A DNA stretch of 64,000 bases from a virus. The translations under genes and the position numbers were made by a program. How positions within the stretch are numbered: position 1 is the first letter of the stretch; each line of letters opens with the position of its first letter. Of this stretch, positions 53,771-64,000 are shown one piece after another. Below the pieces are notes generated by a model. The model had not been told where the DNA came from. It saw only the letters and a program-made list of their open reading frames with translations, and searched no databases. Location of the stretch: IMG/VR virus record IMGVR_UViG_3300025294_000239; one strand, written 5' to 3'.

Positions 53771-54085
53771 ATGGCCGGACGAATCCTGACTGCTGAACCT
53801 GGCAAGGTGACCAAGTTCCACGCCGACGGCGACCGTTTCCACATTCAGACCGTGGCGGACGTTGAACATGACCTGGAACTGGCGAAAGCGCTGCACAACG
53901 AGGGCTACCACCGCACCAATGACGGCGGCCGCCATGTAGCGCGCATCCCCGTGGTGGTGCTGAATGCCTGGGCGATCAGCCGCGGCGTCACCTTCGATGC
54001 CGTGATGCGGGATAACCGGCTGCTGCGCGAATTCCTGAACGACCCCGCTCACAGCGATTGGCGGATCGACAAGAGGCCCGTATGA
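53771..54085 (+). CDS. Hypothetical 104-aa protein (second copy)
   Basis: Repeat of 14498..14812. Confidence 0.75.
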   Translation: MAGRILTAEPGKVTKFHADGDRFHIQTVADVEHDLELAKALHNEGYHRTNDGGRHVARIPVVVLNAWAISRGVTFDAVMRDNRLLREFLNDPAHSDWRIDKRPV

Positions 54086-54660
54086 GCTTCGAGACCTACA
54101 CCGACCTGACCGCTGCGCTTGCCGGCTGGATGAAGCGCAAGGACCAGCAAGCGCGTATCCCCGACTTCATCCGCCTGTTTGAGGCGCGTGTGAACCGCGT
54201 GCTGCGCACCGGATATCAGCGGCAGACCGCGTCCATCGGAGTTTACGGTGGCGCCGTGCAGTTGCCCGACGACTACCTTGAACTGGTTACCAGCGACGAC
54301 GGCACCAAGGGCCTGCGGTTCCTAACCAGCGGGCAATACGGCGTGAGCCAGGACTGGGACGGCCGCTACGCCATCGAGGGCAGGACCCTGCGCATCTCTG
54401 GCGACACCGGCACGATCAACGTGCGGTATTACGCCAAGATCCCGCCGTTGGGCACCGACAACCCTACCAACTGGCTACTGGCCGATCACCCCGACGCCTA
54501 CCTGTTCGGCGCGCTGACCGAGGCCGAGCCGTACCTGCTCAACGACGCCCGCATGGCGATGTGGAAGGACCGCGGTGACACCGCTGTGCAGGCCATCCAG
54601 CTCGCTGACGATCAAGCCCGTTTCTCGGGTGACACGCTCCAACTCCGCGCCCCGAGGTAA
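54082..54660 (+). CDS. Head-tail adaptor (second copy)
   Basis: Repeat of 14809..15387. Confidence 0.8.
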   Translation: MSFETYTDLTAALAGWMKRKDQQARIPDFIRLFEARVNRVLRTGYQRQTASIGVYGGAVQLPDDYLELVTSDDGTKGLRFLTSGQYGVSQDWDGRYAIEGRTLRISGDTGTINVRYYAKIPPLGTDNPTNWLLADHPDAYLFGALTEAEPYLLNDARMAMWKDRGDTAVQAIQLADDQARFSGDTLQLRAPR

Positions 54661-54662
54661 CC

Positions 54663-55838
54663 ATGACCGTCGAAACCACCACGTCCATCGCCGGCCTGGA
54701 TGCCACGAATCCCAGCGGCGCGGCGAAGAAGGCCGAGGGCGACGATCACCTGCGCCTACTGAAAAACGTATTGCAGCACTGTTTCGGCGGGTTTGGTGGC
54801 GAGGTCATGCTGGCCGCCACCGAAGCGCAGGGAGCGACCGCCAATGACTTCGTGCTGACCGTTTCGCCGGCGCCGACCGCTTACGCGCGGAGCACCATCG
54901 CTATCTTCTCGGCCACACACGCGAATAGTGGCGCGGCGACGATCAAGATAGGGGCGCTGGCCGCCGTATCGCTGCTAAACCCCGAGGGAACGGCGTTGCG
55001 TGCGAACGCCATAACCAGCGGCTGCTGGATCGCCGCAGCGTTCGACGGCACCAACTTCCGCTTGCTGGCCGGCGGCAACAGCCAGGCGATCTACGACTAT
55101 GTGGATCAGGCCCAATTCCAGAGCGCTCTGCCATCCCAGGCTTCGAACGCCGGCAAATTCCTAAAGACGGACGGCACAAACGCAACCTGGCAGGCGGCGC
55201 TACAACAGGTCACGGTGGCGCCGGCGTCCAACCAAGGACCGATCTACCTTGCGGGGAGCGGCGCCTTCGAATGGAACGGCAGCGCCTATGCGCAGGTCTA
55301 CAGCAAGAGCAGTATCGGCCTGGGGAGCGTCGATAACACCAGCGACGCAAATAAACCCATCAGCACGGCTACGCAGACGGCGCTGAATACCAAAGCGAAC
55401 CTCTCCGGTGCGAACTTCTCAGGCGCGATTACGGCGACCATAGTGGCTTCCGCAGGTGTGGTGCAAGCAGGTGGCGGTGCCGCCGGGCTTGGCGCGAATG
55501 GCGACATCGGCGGCCCGGTTTGGGGTGGCAGTTTGGCGAATTATCTGTCCGCCCAGTTGAACACCAAACAGCCCGCAGGCAGCTACGCCGGCCGTAGCTA
55601 CAACGGGACGTTGAGCTTTGGTTGGAACGGGTTATCGCTAACGGGAAACGTTGACGGCGTCGGGGTTGGGGTGCTGTGGACTACGGCGAATTTCGATCCC
55701 AACACCAAGCAGGCTGCCGGGAACTACGTCAGTTCCAGGGACGGCAATGTGATTTCACTGGTGTGGCAGCCGGGCACGTCCAAGTCCCTCGGCGTCTATA
55801 TCAACGGCACCAAAGTCGGCGAAATGAGCGTCGTGTGA
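54663..55838 (+). CDS. Tail fibre 1 (second copy)
   Basis: Repeat of 15390..16565. Confidence 0.8.
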   Translation: MTVETTTSIAGLDATNPSGAAKKAEGDDHLRLLKNVLQHCFGGFGGEVMLAATEAQGATANDFVLTVSPAPTAYARSTIAIFSATHANSGAATIKIGALAAVSLLNPEGTALRANAITSGCWIAAAFDGTNFRLLAGGNSQAIYDYVDQAQFQSALPSQASNAGKFLKTDGTNATWQAALQQVTVAPASNQGPIYLAGSGAFEWNGSAYAQVYSKSSIGLGSVDNTSDANKPISTATQTALNTKANLSGANFSGAITATIVASAGVVQAGGGAAGLGANGDIGGPVWGGSLANYLSAQLNTKQPAGSYAGRSYNGTLSFGWNGLSLTGNVDGVGVGVLWTTANFDPNTKQAAGNYVSSRDGNVISLVWQPGTSKSLGVYINGTKVGEMSVV

Positions 55839-57379
55839 TGAGCAAAGTCCCATTCCAGAACATGGGCGCCGGCCTGAATTTGGACGGCTTCCCGCATGAG
55901 CTGAGTCCGCAGGAATGGTCTGGTGGTGAGAACGTCCGCTTTCGTGACGGATATACCGAAAAGTCCCAGGGCGACGCCCAGGTCAATGGAACGTTGCTTG
56001 CCGCGCCGTATGGCCTTTTTCCTACGCAGGGCACCAGCGGGCGATATTGGGTGTATGCGGGCCTAGCAAAGCTCGTGGCTGTGCAGAACACCACGCACAC
56101 CGATATCACGCGCACCGCAGGGCCATATACGGGCACCGCGGCGGATCGTTGGAATGGAGGCGTCCTCTCCGGCGTCCTGATCGTGAACAACGGCAAGGAC
56201 ATTCCCCAGTTCTGGGGAGGCAATCCTGCGACCAAAGCCGCGAACCTGACGGCGTGGCCTTCGACGCTTCGCACGAAAATCCTGGTTCCGTTCCGCAATT
56301 TCGTGTTTGCCCTGAACAACACGGACAACGGAAGCCCGATGCCGTACGGCGTGCGCTGGTCGCACCCCGCCGACCCCGGCACCATTCCGTCCTCCTACGA
56401 CATTGCAGACGCCACGAAGGACGCGGGCCAGTTCGACCTGGCAGACACCAGCGACGTCATCGTCGACGGCGTGCCGCTTGGGCAAAGCCTGATCGTCTAT
56501 AAGGAAAACAGCATCTGGCAGCTGGATTACGTGGGTTCGCCGTACATCTGGAGTCAGAAGCCGGTCGACAAGACTGTGGGCGCGCTCGGGCAGGGCTGCG
56601 TCGTGGCGCACCCAACCGGCCACGCCATCCTTACCCAGGGCGATATCGTTAATTTTGACGGCTCCAGCGTGGCGTCTATCGCCGACGGGCGCGTGCGCCG
56701 CTGGCTGTTCGACAATCTGGATGCCGAGACTTATCAGCGCTGCTTCGCTGTGGCCAACCTGCGCCGCAATGAGGCCTGGTTCTGCATCCCCAGCACCGGA
56801 TCGGCGTGGCCCAATACAGCCATCATCTGGAATTGGAAAGAAAACACCTGGGGCATCCGCGACATCGCCCAAGCGTCGGCGGGTGCATCAGGGACCATCG
56901 TCTACGACTTGGGCGATTCCTGGGACGCGGATAACGACCCCTGGGATTCTGACGACACTTCATGGAACCAGTACGAATACACGCAGGCCACGCCTCGCGT
57001 CATTCTGGCCTCGGCCGTCAATTCGAAGCTGACGCTGATGGACTCGGGCAAGACCTTCAGCGGCACGCCGATGCCGTGCTACGTCGAGAAGACGGGCATG
57101 TCTTTTGACGCTCCGGAGCAAATCAAATACTGCTCGGGCGTTCGCCCCCGCATCGAAGCGCAGTCCGGCACCGTCATCAACGTGTACGTGGGCGCCCAGG
57201 CCGACCTAGAGGACGCCATCGAGTGGTCCGATGCAATCCCCTTCACCGTGGGTGAAGACCTGAAAGCCGATTGCGAGGTGTCGGGCAGGTATCTGGCGGT
57301 GCGTTTCGAGAGCACAGGCGTGGTGTCCTGGCGCATGAAGCAGTTCGACATGGACGTGACAGTGATGGGTGGCTACTGA
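55838..57379 (+). CDS. Tail nozzle protein (second copy)
   Basis: Repeat of 16565..18106. Confidence 0.75.
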   Translation: MSKVPFQNMGAGLNLDGFPHELSPQEWSGGENVRFRDGYTEKSQGDAQVNGTLLAAPYGLFPTQGTSGRYWVYAGLAKLVAVQNTTHTDITRTAGPYTGTAADRWNGGVLSGVLIVNNGKDIPQFWGGNPATKAANLTAWPSTLRTKILVPFRNFVFALNNTDNGSPMPYGVRWSHPADPGTIPSSYDIADATKDAGQFDLADTSDVIVDGVPLGQSLIVYKENSIWQLDYVGSPYIWSQKPVDKTVGALGQGCVVAHPTGHAILTQGDIVNFDGSSVASIADGRVRRWLFDNLDAETYQRCFAVANLRRNEAWFCIPSTGSAWPNTAIIWNWKENTWGIRDIAQASAGASGTIVYDLGDSWDADNDPWDSDDTSWNQYEYTQATPRVILASAVNSKLTLMDSGKTFSGTPMPCYVEKTGMSFDAPEQIKYCSGVRPRIEAQSGTVINVYVGAQADLEDAIEWSDAIPFTVGEDLKADCEVSGRYLAVRFESTGVVSWRMKQFDMDVTVMGGY

Positions 57380-58353
57380 TGGCCTACCAGCCCGGGAACG
57401 TGCCGGCGGGGTTCGATCCGCTGTTCTTTCAACAGGAGTTGAACAAGATCCGCGAGGCGATGACTGGGCAAGTGCCTTTCGCCTATCTGGAGCCGCAGGC
57501 CGTCGCCAACCCTAAGCCGCGCGAAGGAATGATCGTGCTGGCCGATGGAACGCACTGGGATCCTGGCTCGGGTGCTGGATATTACGGCTATCAGGGCGGC
57601 GTATGGGTGCCGCTGAGCGGGAAGCGCGATCACGGTCAATGCGTGCTCCGGCTGAGTTCCTCCACCGAGCTGCGGCTCTATCCGAAGAATGGCAACGGCA
57701 TCATCGTAGGCGACAAGCAATTCCGCATTCCTCTGGCTGGCGTTCCCTTGGCTGCCACCGGCCTGACCGCGGGCACTCCCTATTACGCCTTCGCAAAAGA
57801 CAACGGCAGCGGCGCGCTGGCGCTTGAAGCGGCCGCCGTGGCATCAAGCGGGCACACCACGTACACGAATGGCGTGGAGATAAAGACGGGGGACCCTTCG
57901 CGCACGCTGGTGGGCGCCTTCGTCCCGGGAGCAGGCCCGATCTTCCTTGATTCCACCACACAGCGCCGTGTGGCGAGCTGGTTCAACGAACGCCCGCGGG
58001 CAATGTACGAATACATCAATACCGCCACCGCTTCGGCAACGATGGTGGGTATCGGTGCCGCCTACACCGCTTTTATGTGGGCTGGAAAGGACGTACTGGA
58101 TGTGGCTGAAGGCGAAACCAAAAACACAGTCGCGTCGACCGGCAATTACCTAGGAATCTACGTCAATGGCGCGTCCATCAATACGGCCATCGGCTACACG
58201 ATGACGACAGCCAATTTCCAATATCCCGCCGGCACTGTCGCACCGTATGCAGTGCCCGCTGATGGCCTCTACACATTCCAGATCTTCGCGCGAGTCAACG
58301 GCGGCGGTACCGGCACCTTTGAACTCAATCACGCAATGACTCTGCCGGGCTGA
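57379..58353 (+). CDS. Tail/receptor-binding fusion protein (second copy)
   Basis: Repeat of 18106..19080. Confidence 0.7.
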   Translation: MAYQPGNVPAGFDPLFFQQELNKIREAMTGQVPFAYLEPQAVANPKPREGMIVLADGTHWDPGSGAGYYGYQGGVWVPLSGKRDHGQCVLRLSSSTELRLYPKNGNGIIVGDKQFRIPLAGVPLAATGLTAGTPYYAFAKDNGSGALALEAAAVASSGHTTYTNGVEIKTGDPSRTLVGAFVPGAGPIFLDSTTQRRVASWFNERPRAMYEYINTATASATMVGIGAAYTAFMWAGKDVLDVAEGETKNTVASTGNYLGIYVNGASINTAIGYTMTTANFQYPAGTVAPYAVPADGLYTFQIFARVNGGGTGTFELNHAMTLPG

Positions 58354-58358
58354 CAGAT

Positions 58359-59381
58359 ATGGGAAAAATCCTTGGCCCCACCTTCGGTGATGAGTTGATC
58401 GCCGCGGGCGTGCGCGACGGCGTCACATGGGATGAAAACGGTGATCTGACGTTTGCTCCTGACCTGTCGGCGGCCGACATAGCCAAGGCCCAGCAGGTAT
58501 ATGCGGCCCATGACCCGCGCGGGAGCCTTCTGTATCGGCGGCTAAAGCAAATCGGCATCATAAACACCGCGCGTGATGGCTTGATCTTCGGCGGTTTCCA
58601 GTTCAACGGCTACATCTACCAGTCCGATATCAACAGCCAGGCGCGCATTGCTAACTCGGCGGCGAGCGTGACAGGCAGCGCGGGCCTGCCGGCCAATTTC
58701 ACATGGCGCACGATGGGCAACGTGGACGTTCCCATGAGCGAAACCGACATGGTGGCGCTTTCGGCCGCGTTGCAGAACCACGTCGCCAGCGTCCTGGCCA
58801 TCTCGCGTAAGCTGAAGGACCAGATCGCGGTATCGGATAACCCGGAATCGATCGCCTGGCCGTCGAACATGTCGACGCCGGCGGATGAGCCGCTGCTTGG
58901 TTCCGTGCAGACCAATGTGCCGAAGGCGGCGAAGCTGGCCGTGACGGCATTGCAACCGGGCGACGTGCCGGCACAACCGCAACTGGCCGCCGTCGCCATG
59001 TCGGGCAAATACTCTGATCTGTCTGGTACGCCGGTCATTCCCACACTGCCTACGCTCGCGGCGGTCGCCACGTCGGGGAAATATGCGGACCTCACCGGCA
59101 AGCCGACGATCCCGGGCCAGGCCGTACCCATGTCAATCACCGTCACCGCGGCCGGCCTGGGCACGGCCAACCTGACTGGCTACACGAAGCCGCCGGCCAT
59201 TGTGCCCATCGCCACCTGGAACGGTGACACGGAATACCTGCCGGAAATCGTGAGCGTCAGCGCAACTCAGATCACGGTACGCGCCAAGGTATCGCGCGGC
59301 ACGCTGCTGCTGTCGGCCGGCCCATTCCAGACCACCACGGCGGCAATCTCCGTTTCTTTCCTGGTCGTCCCGCAGCCATGA
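58359..59381 (+). CDS. DUF4376-like fusion protein (second copy)
   Basis: Repeat of 19086..20108. Confidence 0.7.
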   Translation: MGKILGPTFGDELIAAGVRDGVTWDENGDLTFAPDLSAADIAKAQQVYAAHDPRGSLLYRRLKQIGIINTARDGLIFGGFQFNGYIYQSDINSQARIANSAASVTGSAGLPANFTWRTMGNVDVPMSETDMVALSAALQNHVASVLAISRKLKDQIAVSDNPESIAWPSNMSTPADEPLLGSVQTNVPKAAKLAVTALQPGDVPAQPQLAAVAMSGKYSDLSGTPVIPTLPTLAAVATSGKYADLTGKPTIPGQAVPMSITVTAAGLGTANLTGYTKPPAIVPIATWNGDTEYLPEIVSVSATQITVRAKVSRGTLLLSAGPFQTTTAAISVSFLVVPQP

Positions 59382-59788
59382 TTCAAATTCAAGGCGTCCC
59401 CTCTGCTCGCGCCGCAGAGGTGTGGCCCATCGTGCGCGCGTGGATTGGCGCGGCGTTGGAGCGCGGGCATTCGCTGGAAAGCACGGACGACGTGCTGGCG
59501 AAGATTCAGGCTCAGGAGTACCAGCTCTGGGCAGTCGATCAGGGCGGCCCGGTAGCGGCATTCGTGACGCGTATCGCCAGCGGCTCGCTGGGTTCAGCGC
59601 TGGTGACCGTGGCGCTTGGCGGTAGGGGCATGGAGCACTGGCTACCGGCCGTCGAGGACGTGATTGCGCGGTTCGCGCGCGACAAAGGATGTACCCGCAT
59701 TTATCTGAGCGGCCGGCGAGGCTGGGCGAAGCAACTCCAGCAATTCGGATGGAAGGAAGACACCGTCAACGTTATGAAGGAACTGTAA
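59378..59788 (+). CDS. GNAT-like protein (second copy)
   Basis: Repeat of 20105..20515. Confidence 0.55.
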   Translation: MIQIQGVPSARAAEVWPIVRAWIGAALERGHSLESTDDVLAKIQAQEYQLWAVDQGGPVAAFVTRIASGSLGSALVTVALGGRGMEHWLPAVEDVIARFARDKGCTRIYLSGRRGWAKQLQQFGWKEDTVNVMKEL

Positions 59789-60909
59789 TGGGAAAAGGAA
59801 GCAGCGGCGGTGGTAGCCAAACGACCACATCTGAACCCTGGAAGGGCGTTCAACAATATCTGACTGGCAGCGGCGGCAAAACCACGACCACGCTCAAGCC
59901 TGGCGCGGTACCGATTGGGTACGACCAGATCCGCTCCGGAGGTGATTCAGATTACGTGTCGCAGGGGGCACCAATTTATGATCCCAGCGACTACATCACC
60001 AGCACCACGGGCGGTACGCCGGGTATCTATGGCGAGGCGGCGAATCTCTACCAGAATGGTGGGTGGTCGCCGGAGATGCAGAGCGTGGTGGATCAGTGGA
60101 CTTCTTCCCTCGGACAGCGCAGTGGCATTGATCCTTCCTATGCCCAGAGTTTGATGAACACCGGCAATAACCTGTTGTCCGGCCAAGGTTCGCAGGTGGA
60201 CCTCGCGGCCGCGCGCGCCTCACAAGGTGCGCTCGATCCCACCGCGGCGCTTCAGCAGATCCTGTCTGGAAACGTCGACAACCCCTACCTGAACGACCAA
60301 ATTTCCGCGCTCGGGAAAGACCTGTCCAGTAACTTCATGGAGAACGTCGCGCCGGGGTTGCGTTCTGGCGCCACCGCTGCCGGCGGCTTCGGCGGATCGC
60401 GGCAGGGGATTGTCGAGGCACTAGGTGCGAACGGCGTTACGGACGCTCTTTCCACGCAGGCAGCCAACCTTCGTTCGACTGCCTACGAGAACGCTCAGAA
60501 CCGCATGCAAACCACCGCGCAGGCGCTGAATGACCAAGCCGGCACCGTGGCGCAGAACAACATCAACAACCGCTTGAACGCCGCGCAGGTGGGATCGTCG
60601 TTGATCGGTGCCGGCGGCACGATGCAGCAGCAGAACGACGCCGCAGCAGACCAGCGCTACCAGCAGATGCTGGCATTGCTGGGTGCTGGGGATAGCTACA
60701 ACTGGAGCAACCTGGGCAACTACGCGTCGATCGTGTCGCCTGGAGCCGGGATTGGCGGGAGCAGCACGACCAGCGGCGGCGGCTCGAATCCCTTGGCCGC
60801 AGGCCTCGGGGGCGCCTTGGCTGGCGGTGCAATCGGAAACAGCCTCGGGTATGGCGGGTATGGGGCGGCCGCTGGCGGCGCGCTCGGACTCCTGAGCGCA
60901 AAACTGTGA
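59788..60909 (+). CDS. Ejection protein 1 (second copy)
   Basis: Repeat of 20515..21636. Confidence 0.75.
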   Translation: MGKGSSGGGSQTTTSEPWKGVQQYLTGSGGKTTTTLKPGAVPIGYDQIRSGGDSDYVSQGAPIYDPSDYITSTTGGTPGIYGEAANLYQNGGWSPEMQSVVDQWTSSLGQRSGIDPSYAQSLMNTGNNLLSGQGSQVDLAAARASQGALDPTAALQQILSGNVDNPYLNDQISALGKDLSSNFMENVAPGLRSGATAAGGFGGSRQGIVEALGANGVTDALSTQAANLRSTAYENAQNRMQTTAQALNDQAGTVAQNNINNRLNAAQVGSSLIGAGGTMQQQNDAAADQRYQQMLALLGAGDSYNWSNLGNYASIVSPGAGIGGSSTTSGGGSNPLAAGLGGALAGGAIGNSLGYGGYGAAAGGALGLLSAKL

Positions 60910-60916
60910 GGGTGCC

Positions 60917-61501
60917 ATGCTGACCACACTTAACCCCAACACCCTCCAAGCCCTTCAGGCTGCGGGCCAGCAGGGCGCCGCAAGCACCGCGCAGCGCGTA
61001 GCGATGCTTCAGCAGCAGGCGGCAGGACGGCAACAGCAGCAGGCGCAGCAGCGCTCCGGTACTAACGGCCTCGCAATGAGCTTGCTCGGTGGTGGTGCAC
61101 CGAAGGCGCCCAGCATGCTTCCCGAAGCCTCTCAATTTTGGAACGGTGCCTCTGCACCGGTCGGAAATCTTGGATTCGGTGCTGGGGGAGGCACGCAGCT
61201 GGGCATTTCTGCCGCGCCGTCGGTTGGACTTACAGCGCCTACGTCCGGTTTCTGGGCAGGCGCAGGCGGCGCTGCCGGCGGGCTAGGTGGCCTGGGCGGA
61301 ACGCTTGCGGCCGCACCCGGCGTCGCCACTGGCGCGGCAACCAGCGGAATCGGCGCCGGCGGCACGCTTGGCGCCTTTGCGGAGGGTGGTGGTGCTGCTG
61401 CGGCTGCACCCGTCGCACCCTGGCTGCTGGGCGGCTTGGCGTTGGCCTCGCTGGGCAACAAGGACCACAACATTACCAACCTGTTCGGGTTGTTCAAATA
61501 G
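60917..61501 (+). CDS. Internal virion protein 2 (second copy)
   Basis: Repeat of 21644..22228. Confidence 0.6.
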   Translation: MLTTLNPNTLQALQAAGQQGAASTAQRVAMLQQQAAGRQQQQAQQRSGTNGLAMSLLGGGAPKAPSMLPEASQFWNGASAPVGNLGFGAGGGTQLGISAAPSVGLTAPTSGFWAGAGGAAGGLGGLGGTLAAAPGVATGAATSGIGAGGTLGAFAEGGGAAAAAPVAPWLLGGLALASLGNKDHNITNLFGLFK

Positions 61502-61509
61502 GGGCAGAC

Positions 61510-62919
61510 ATGGCATACGACGATCAAGCCGGCCTGCTGCCCGGCGCCGCCGATCAAGGCGGATTCTTTTCCAATCTGAACAGCCCAACCAACCAGGGGT
61601 TGCTCGCCGCCGGCCTGGCCATACTTTCGCAAGCCAACGGCCCGAACTCGCGCGGCGCCATCGGCGCGGGCGGCCTGGCTGGGGTGCAGGCGATGCAGGC
61701 GGCGCAGCAGAACGCCTATCTCGGCGACTATCGAAAGGCACAGGCAGCGAAACTCACGCAGGACGCGGAGAAGCAGAGGATGGTGCTCGGCCTGCTGGGC
61801 CGCTTGAACGGCGGCGCGCCGGCTGGCGGCGGCTCTGGTGCTGGTGCGCCGCTGGCTGGAGCCGTGCCGGCCGGTAGCCCGTCCGTGATGCCTGGCGCCG
61901 GCGGCGGTGGTGGCGCGCAAGGCTTCCCGCTCAGCCTCAACGACGTGACGGCGTTGAAGCTGGCAGGGGTCGACGTCTTCGACCAATACAAGTACGCCAA
62001 CGACGGAGTCAAGCGCGACGCCGGCGCCTTCTACGACAACCCGGTGAGCGGTAAGCGCGAATACATCCCCAAGATCCCGGATGGCATGACGCCGACAGTT
62101 GGCCCTAACGGGCAGGTAACGCTGTCGCTCATTCCCGGTTATGCCCAGGGCAATGCAGCTGTGCAGGGATCGCAGGCGGGCGCCGTGGCCGCGGCCCAAT
62201 ACCCGTACCAGATCGGGCAGAACAGGGACCAGCAGCAGACGGCGGCTAGTCTCGATCTGGTGCCGGTGCCGGACGGTAATGGCGGAACTACCATGATGCC
62301 CCGCTCGATCGCCGCTTCGGCGTTGGGCGGCGGAGGTGCTGGCAGGTTGGGACGCACGCCCAGCGCCACCGATCAGACGTTCGACACCGACGTGGCGAAG
62401 GCATCTGCCGACACCTACAACGGCCTCCAGAAGGCGGCCGGCGCGGCCGATGGTCAGATATCCAAGTTGCAGAAGATCGGCAGCCTATTGGGCGATTTCG
62501 ACGGCAACAAGTACTCGCCCGCCGGTCTGGAGCTGGCCAAGTTCGGTAAGTCGCTCGGCATCGACATTGGCAGCAACGTCGGCAACAAGGAGGCGGCGCA
62601 GGCCCTAAGCAACGAGTTGGCCCTATCGGCGCGCAGCACGGCGGACGGCGGCGGTATGCCGGGCGCTATGTCGGACGCGGATCGTCAGTTCCTGGTGAGC
62701 CTGAATCCTGGCATGGCAAACAGCGCGGAAGGTCGCAAACAACTGATCGATACGCGGGTGAAGGTGCTGCAACGCTCCAAAGATGTTGCGATGTTCGCGC
62801 GCAAGTGGCGCCAGCGGTATGGTCGGCTGGACTCCCTGGACCAGAACGGCAGCGACTTCCAGACCGCGCTTTCCGACTGGAGCGCACAGAATCCGCTGTT
62901 CCCCCAGCAGGAGCAATAA
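61510..62919 (+). CDS. Ejection protein 3 (second copy)
   Basis: Repeat of 22237..23646. Confidence 0.7.
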   Translation: MAYDDQAGLLPGAADQGGFFSNLNSPTNQGLLAAGLAILSQANGPNSRGAIGAGGLAGVQAMQAAQQNAYLGDYRKAQAAKLTQDAEKQRMVLGLLGRLNGGAPAGGGSGAGAPLAGAVPAGSPSVMPGAGGGGGAQGFPLSLNDVTALKLAGVDVFDQYKYANDGVKRDAGAFYDNPVSGKREYIPKIPDGMTPTVGPNGQVTLSLIPGYAQGNAAVQGSQAGAVAAAQYPYQIGQNRDQQQTAASLDLVPVPDGNGGTTMMPRSIAASALGGGGAGRLGRTPSATDQTFDTDVAKASADTYNGLQKAAGAADGQISKLQKIGSLLGDFDGNKYSPAGLELAKFGKSLGIDIGSNVGNKEAAQALSNELALSARSTADGGGMPGAMSDADRQFLVSLNPGMANSAEGRKQLIDTRVKVLQRSKDVAMFARKWRQRYGRLDSLDQNGSDFQTALSDWSAQNPLFPQQEQ

Positions 62920-64000
62920 ATGGCGAATCCGCAGAGTTTCATCGATCAGTACGGTGGCCTGGCCGATACCGTGGGCGGGCAGATCGGCGTCGATCCGTCC
63001 ATCCTGCTCGGGCAGTGGGGCCTGGAAACAGGCTGGGGTAAGTCAGTCATTCCGGGTACCAACAACCTGGGCAACATCAAGGGTCCGGGCGTGGCCGCCA
63101 TCGACAACGCCACCGGCAGCAATGACCAATACCGCGCCTACGCTTCGCCAGACGAGTTTGGGCAGGATTTTGCGGGCCTGCTGGGGCGCAGGTATGTCGG
63201 CGCGTTGAACGCTGGCCAGGACGCCCAGAAGTACGCGACAGCGTTGAAGGCCGGCGGCTACGCCGAAGATCCGGACTACGCTGCCAAGCTGGTGGCGGCG
63301 GCCGACACGGTACGCGGCATGACCGGTGCTCGAGGAGTGCTGAATCGGTTCGCCGGTGCTATCTTCCCGTCCGCATCGGCGGCCACAACGGACGACATTT
63401 TCGGCGGTGCCATCACCGGTACCTCGCGCAGCAACCGCGGCGCAAAAGCGGACGATATCTTCGGCGGTGCGCTCACCGCGGCGAAGCCTGTCCAGCAGGA
63501 TCCAAAGTCGATGCTGGGCATGGCCGCGCCTGTTGCGCGTCCCGATCAGCCGCTTTCTGGCGGCAACATCTTCAACCGGCAGCAGCCCAATGGTGCGCCC
63601 GAGGGTACCGGGCAATATGCGACGGATGTTCCTGCGCCGGCCGTCACCCCCGGACCAGTCGGCGACCAGCGGGCCGCGCCCGTGCCGCAAGGTACCGGCG
63701 AACCCCCGGCGCCCCCGCCGGAACGGTCGTTCCTGGACGAGGCAGGCCGGCAGGTTGGCCTCACCGCGCGCTACGGCCTGGAGGGCCTGGGCAACACCGC
63801 CCAGATCTTCACCGAACCCGTGCGTCGCTTCTTGGTCAATCCAATCTCGCGCGCGTTCGGTGGACCGGACGCGCAGGCCAGCGGGCAGACCATGACTACC
63901 TTGGCCGACACGCTGGGCCTGCCGTCGCCGGAAACGAAGCAAGAGCGCATCGTGGGCGATGTCACGCGCCTGATGGCGGGCACGGGCGGCCTGGCCGGCG
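62920..64000 (+). CDS. Large ejection protein, 5' part, truncated by window end (second copy)
   Basis: Repeat of 23647..24727. Confidence 0.85.
   Translation, partial: MANPQSFIDQYGGLADTVGGQIGVDPSILLGQWGLETGWGKSVIPGTNNLGNIKGPGVAAIDNATGSNDQYRAYASPDEFGQDFAGLLGRRYVGALNAGQDAQKYATALKAGGYAEDPDYAAKLVAAADTVRGMTGARGVLNRFAGAIFPSASAATTDDIFGGAITGTSRSNRGAKADDIFGGALTAAKPVQQDPKSMLGMAAPVARPDQPLSGGNIFNRQQPNGAPEGTGQYATDVPAPAVTPGPVGDQRAAPVPQGTGEPPAPPPERSFLDEAGRQVGLTARYGLEGLGNTAQIFTEPVRRFLVNPISRAFGGPDAQASGQTMTTLADTLGLPSPETKQERIVGDVTRLMAGTGGLAG

Larger units (their letters stand above)
39274..64000 (+). repeat. Direct repeat of window positions 1..24727 (period 39,273 bp = phage unit genome length)
   Basis: Position 1 'gattcggcggcgtgttgtat' recurs at 39274; all ORFs of 1..24727 recur at +39273 with identical translations. 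Confidence 0.98.

Overview
The window contains only phage DNA. It is one complete 39,273-bp temperate phage genome (1..39273) followed by a repeat of its first 24,727 bp (39274..64000). Every shared ORF translates identically at offset +39,273. There is no host DNA, and the attP arm repeats sit together, so this is the circular or concatemeric form, not an integrated prophage. The architecture is lambdoid regulation plus P22-like podovirus morphogenesis. The GC-rich sequence and gene families suggest a Burkholderiales-type host (inference). Gene order: pL early-left operon (minus strand: small proteins, RecE-like exonuclease, putative annealing protein, C5-methyltransferase-like protein, Ead/Ea22-like mosaic, AlpA excisionase), attP, tyrosine integrase; immunity switch (cI/cro/cII with a palindromic operator); replication (iteron-bearing initiator, T7-gp4-type helicase), RuvC-like resolvase, Q-position regulator; late promoter, terS/terL, portal, scaffold, capsid, adaptor, nozzle, three fibre-like genes, four ejection-type proteins; lysis cassette with a GH19 endolysin and three membrane proteins. 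The most notable observations are: (i) a mirror-image, apparently doubly leaderless cI/cro switch, with the same '-10 box, 5-6 nt, ATG' layout at int and at two small counter-oriented genes; (ii) a repressor with no autocleavage domain, plus small counter-oriented Cys-rich proteins that are candidate antirepressors; (iii) an unannotated 26-aa antisense membrane peptide; (iv) a Shine-Dalgarno split from its start codon by the post-capsid terminator; (v) no recognisable spanins. All functional calls come from motif recognition by eye; no database search was run.
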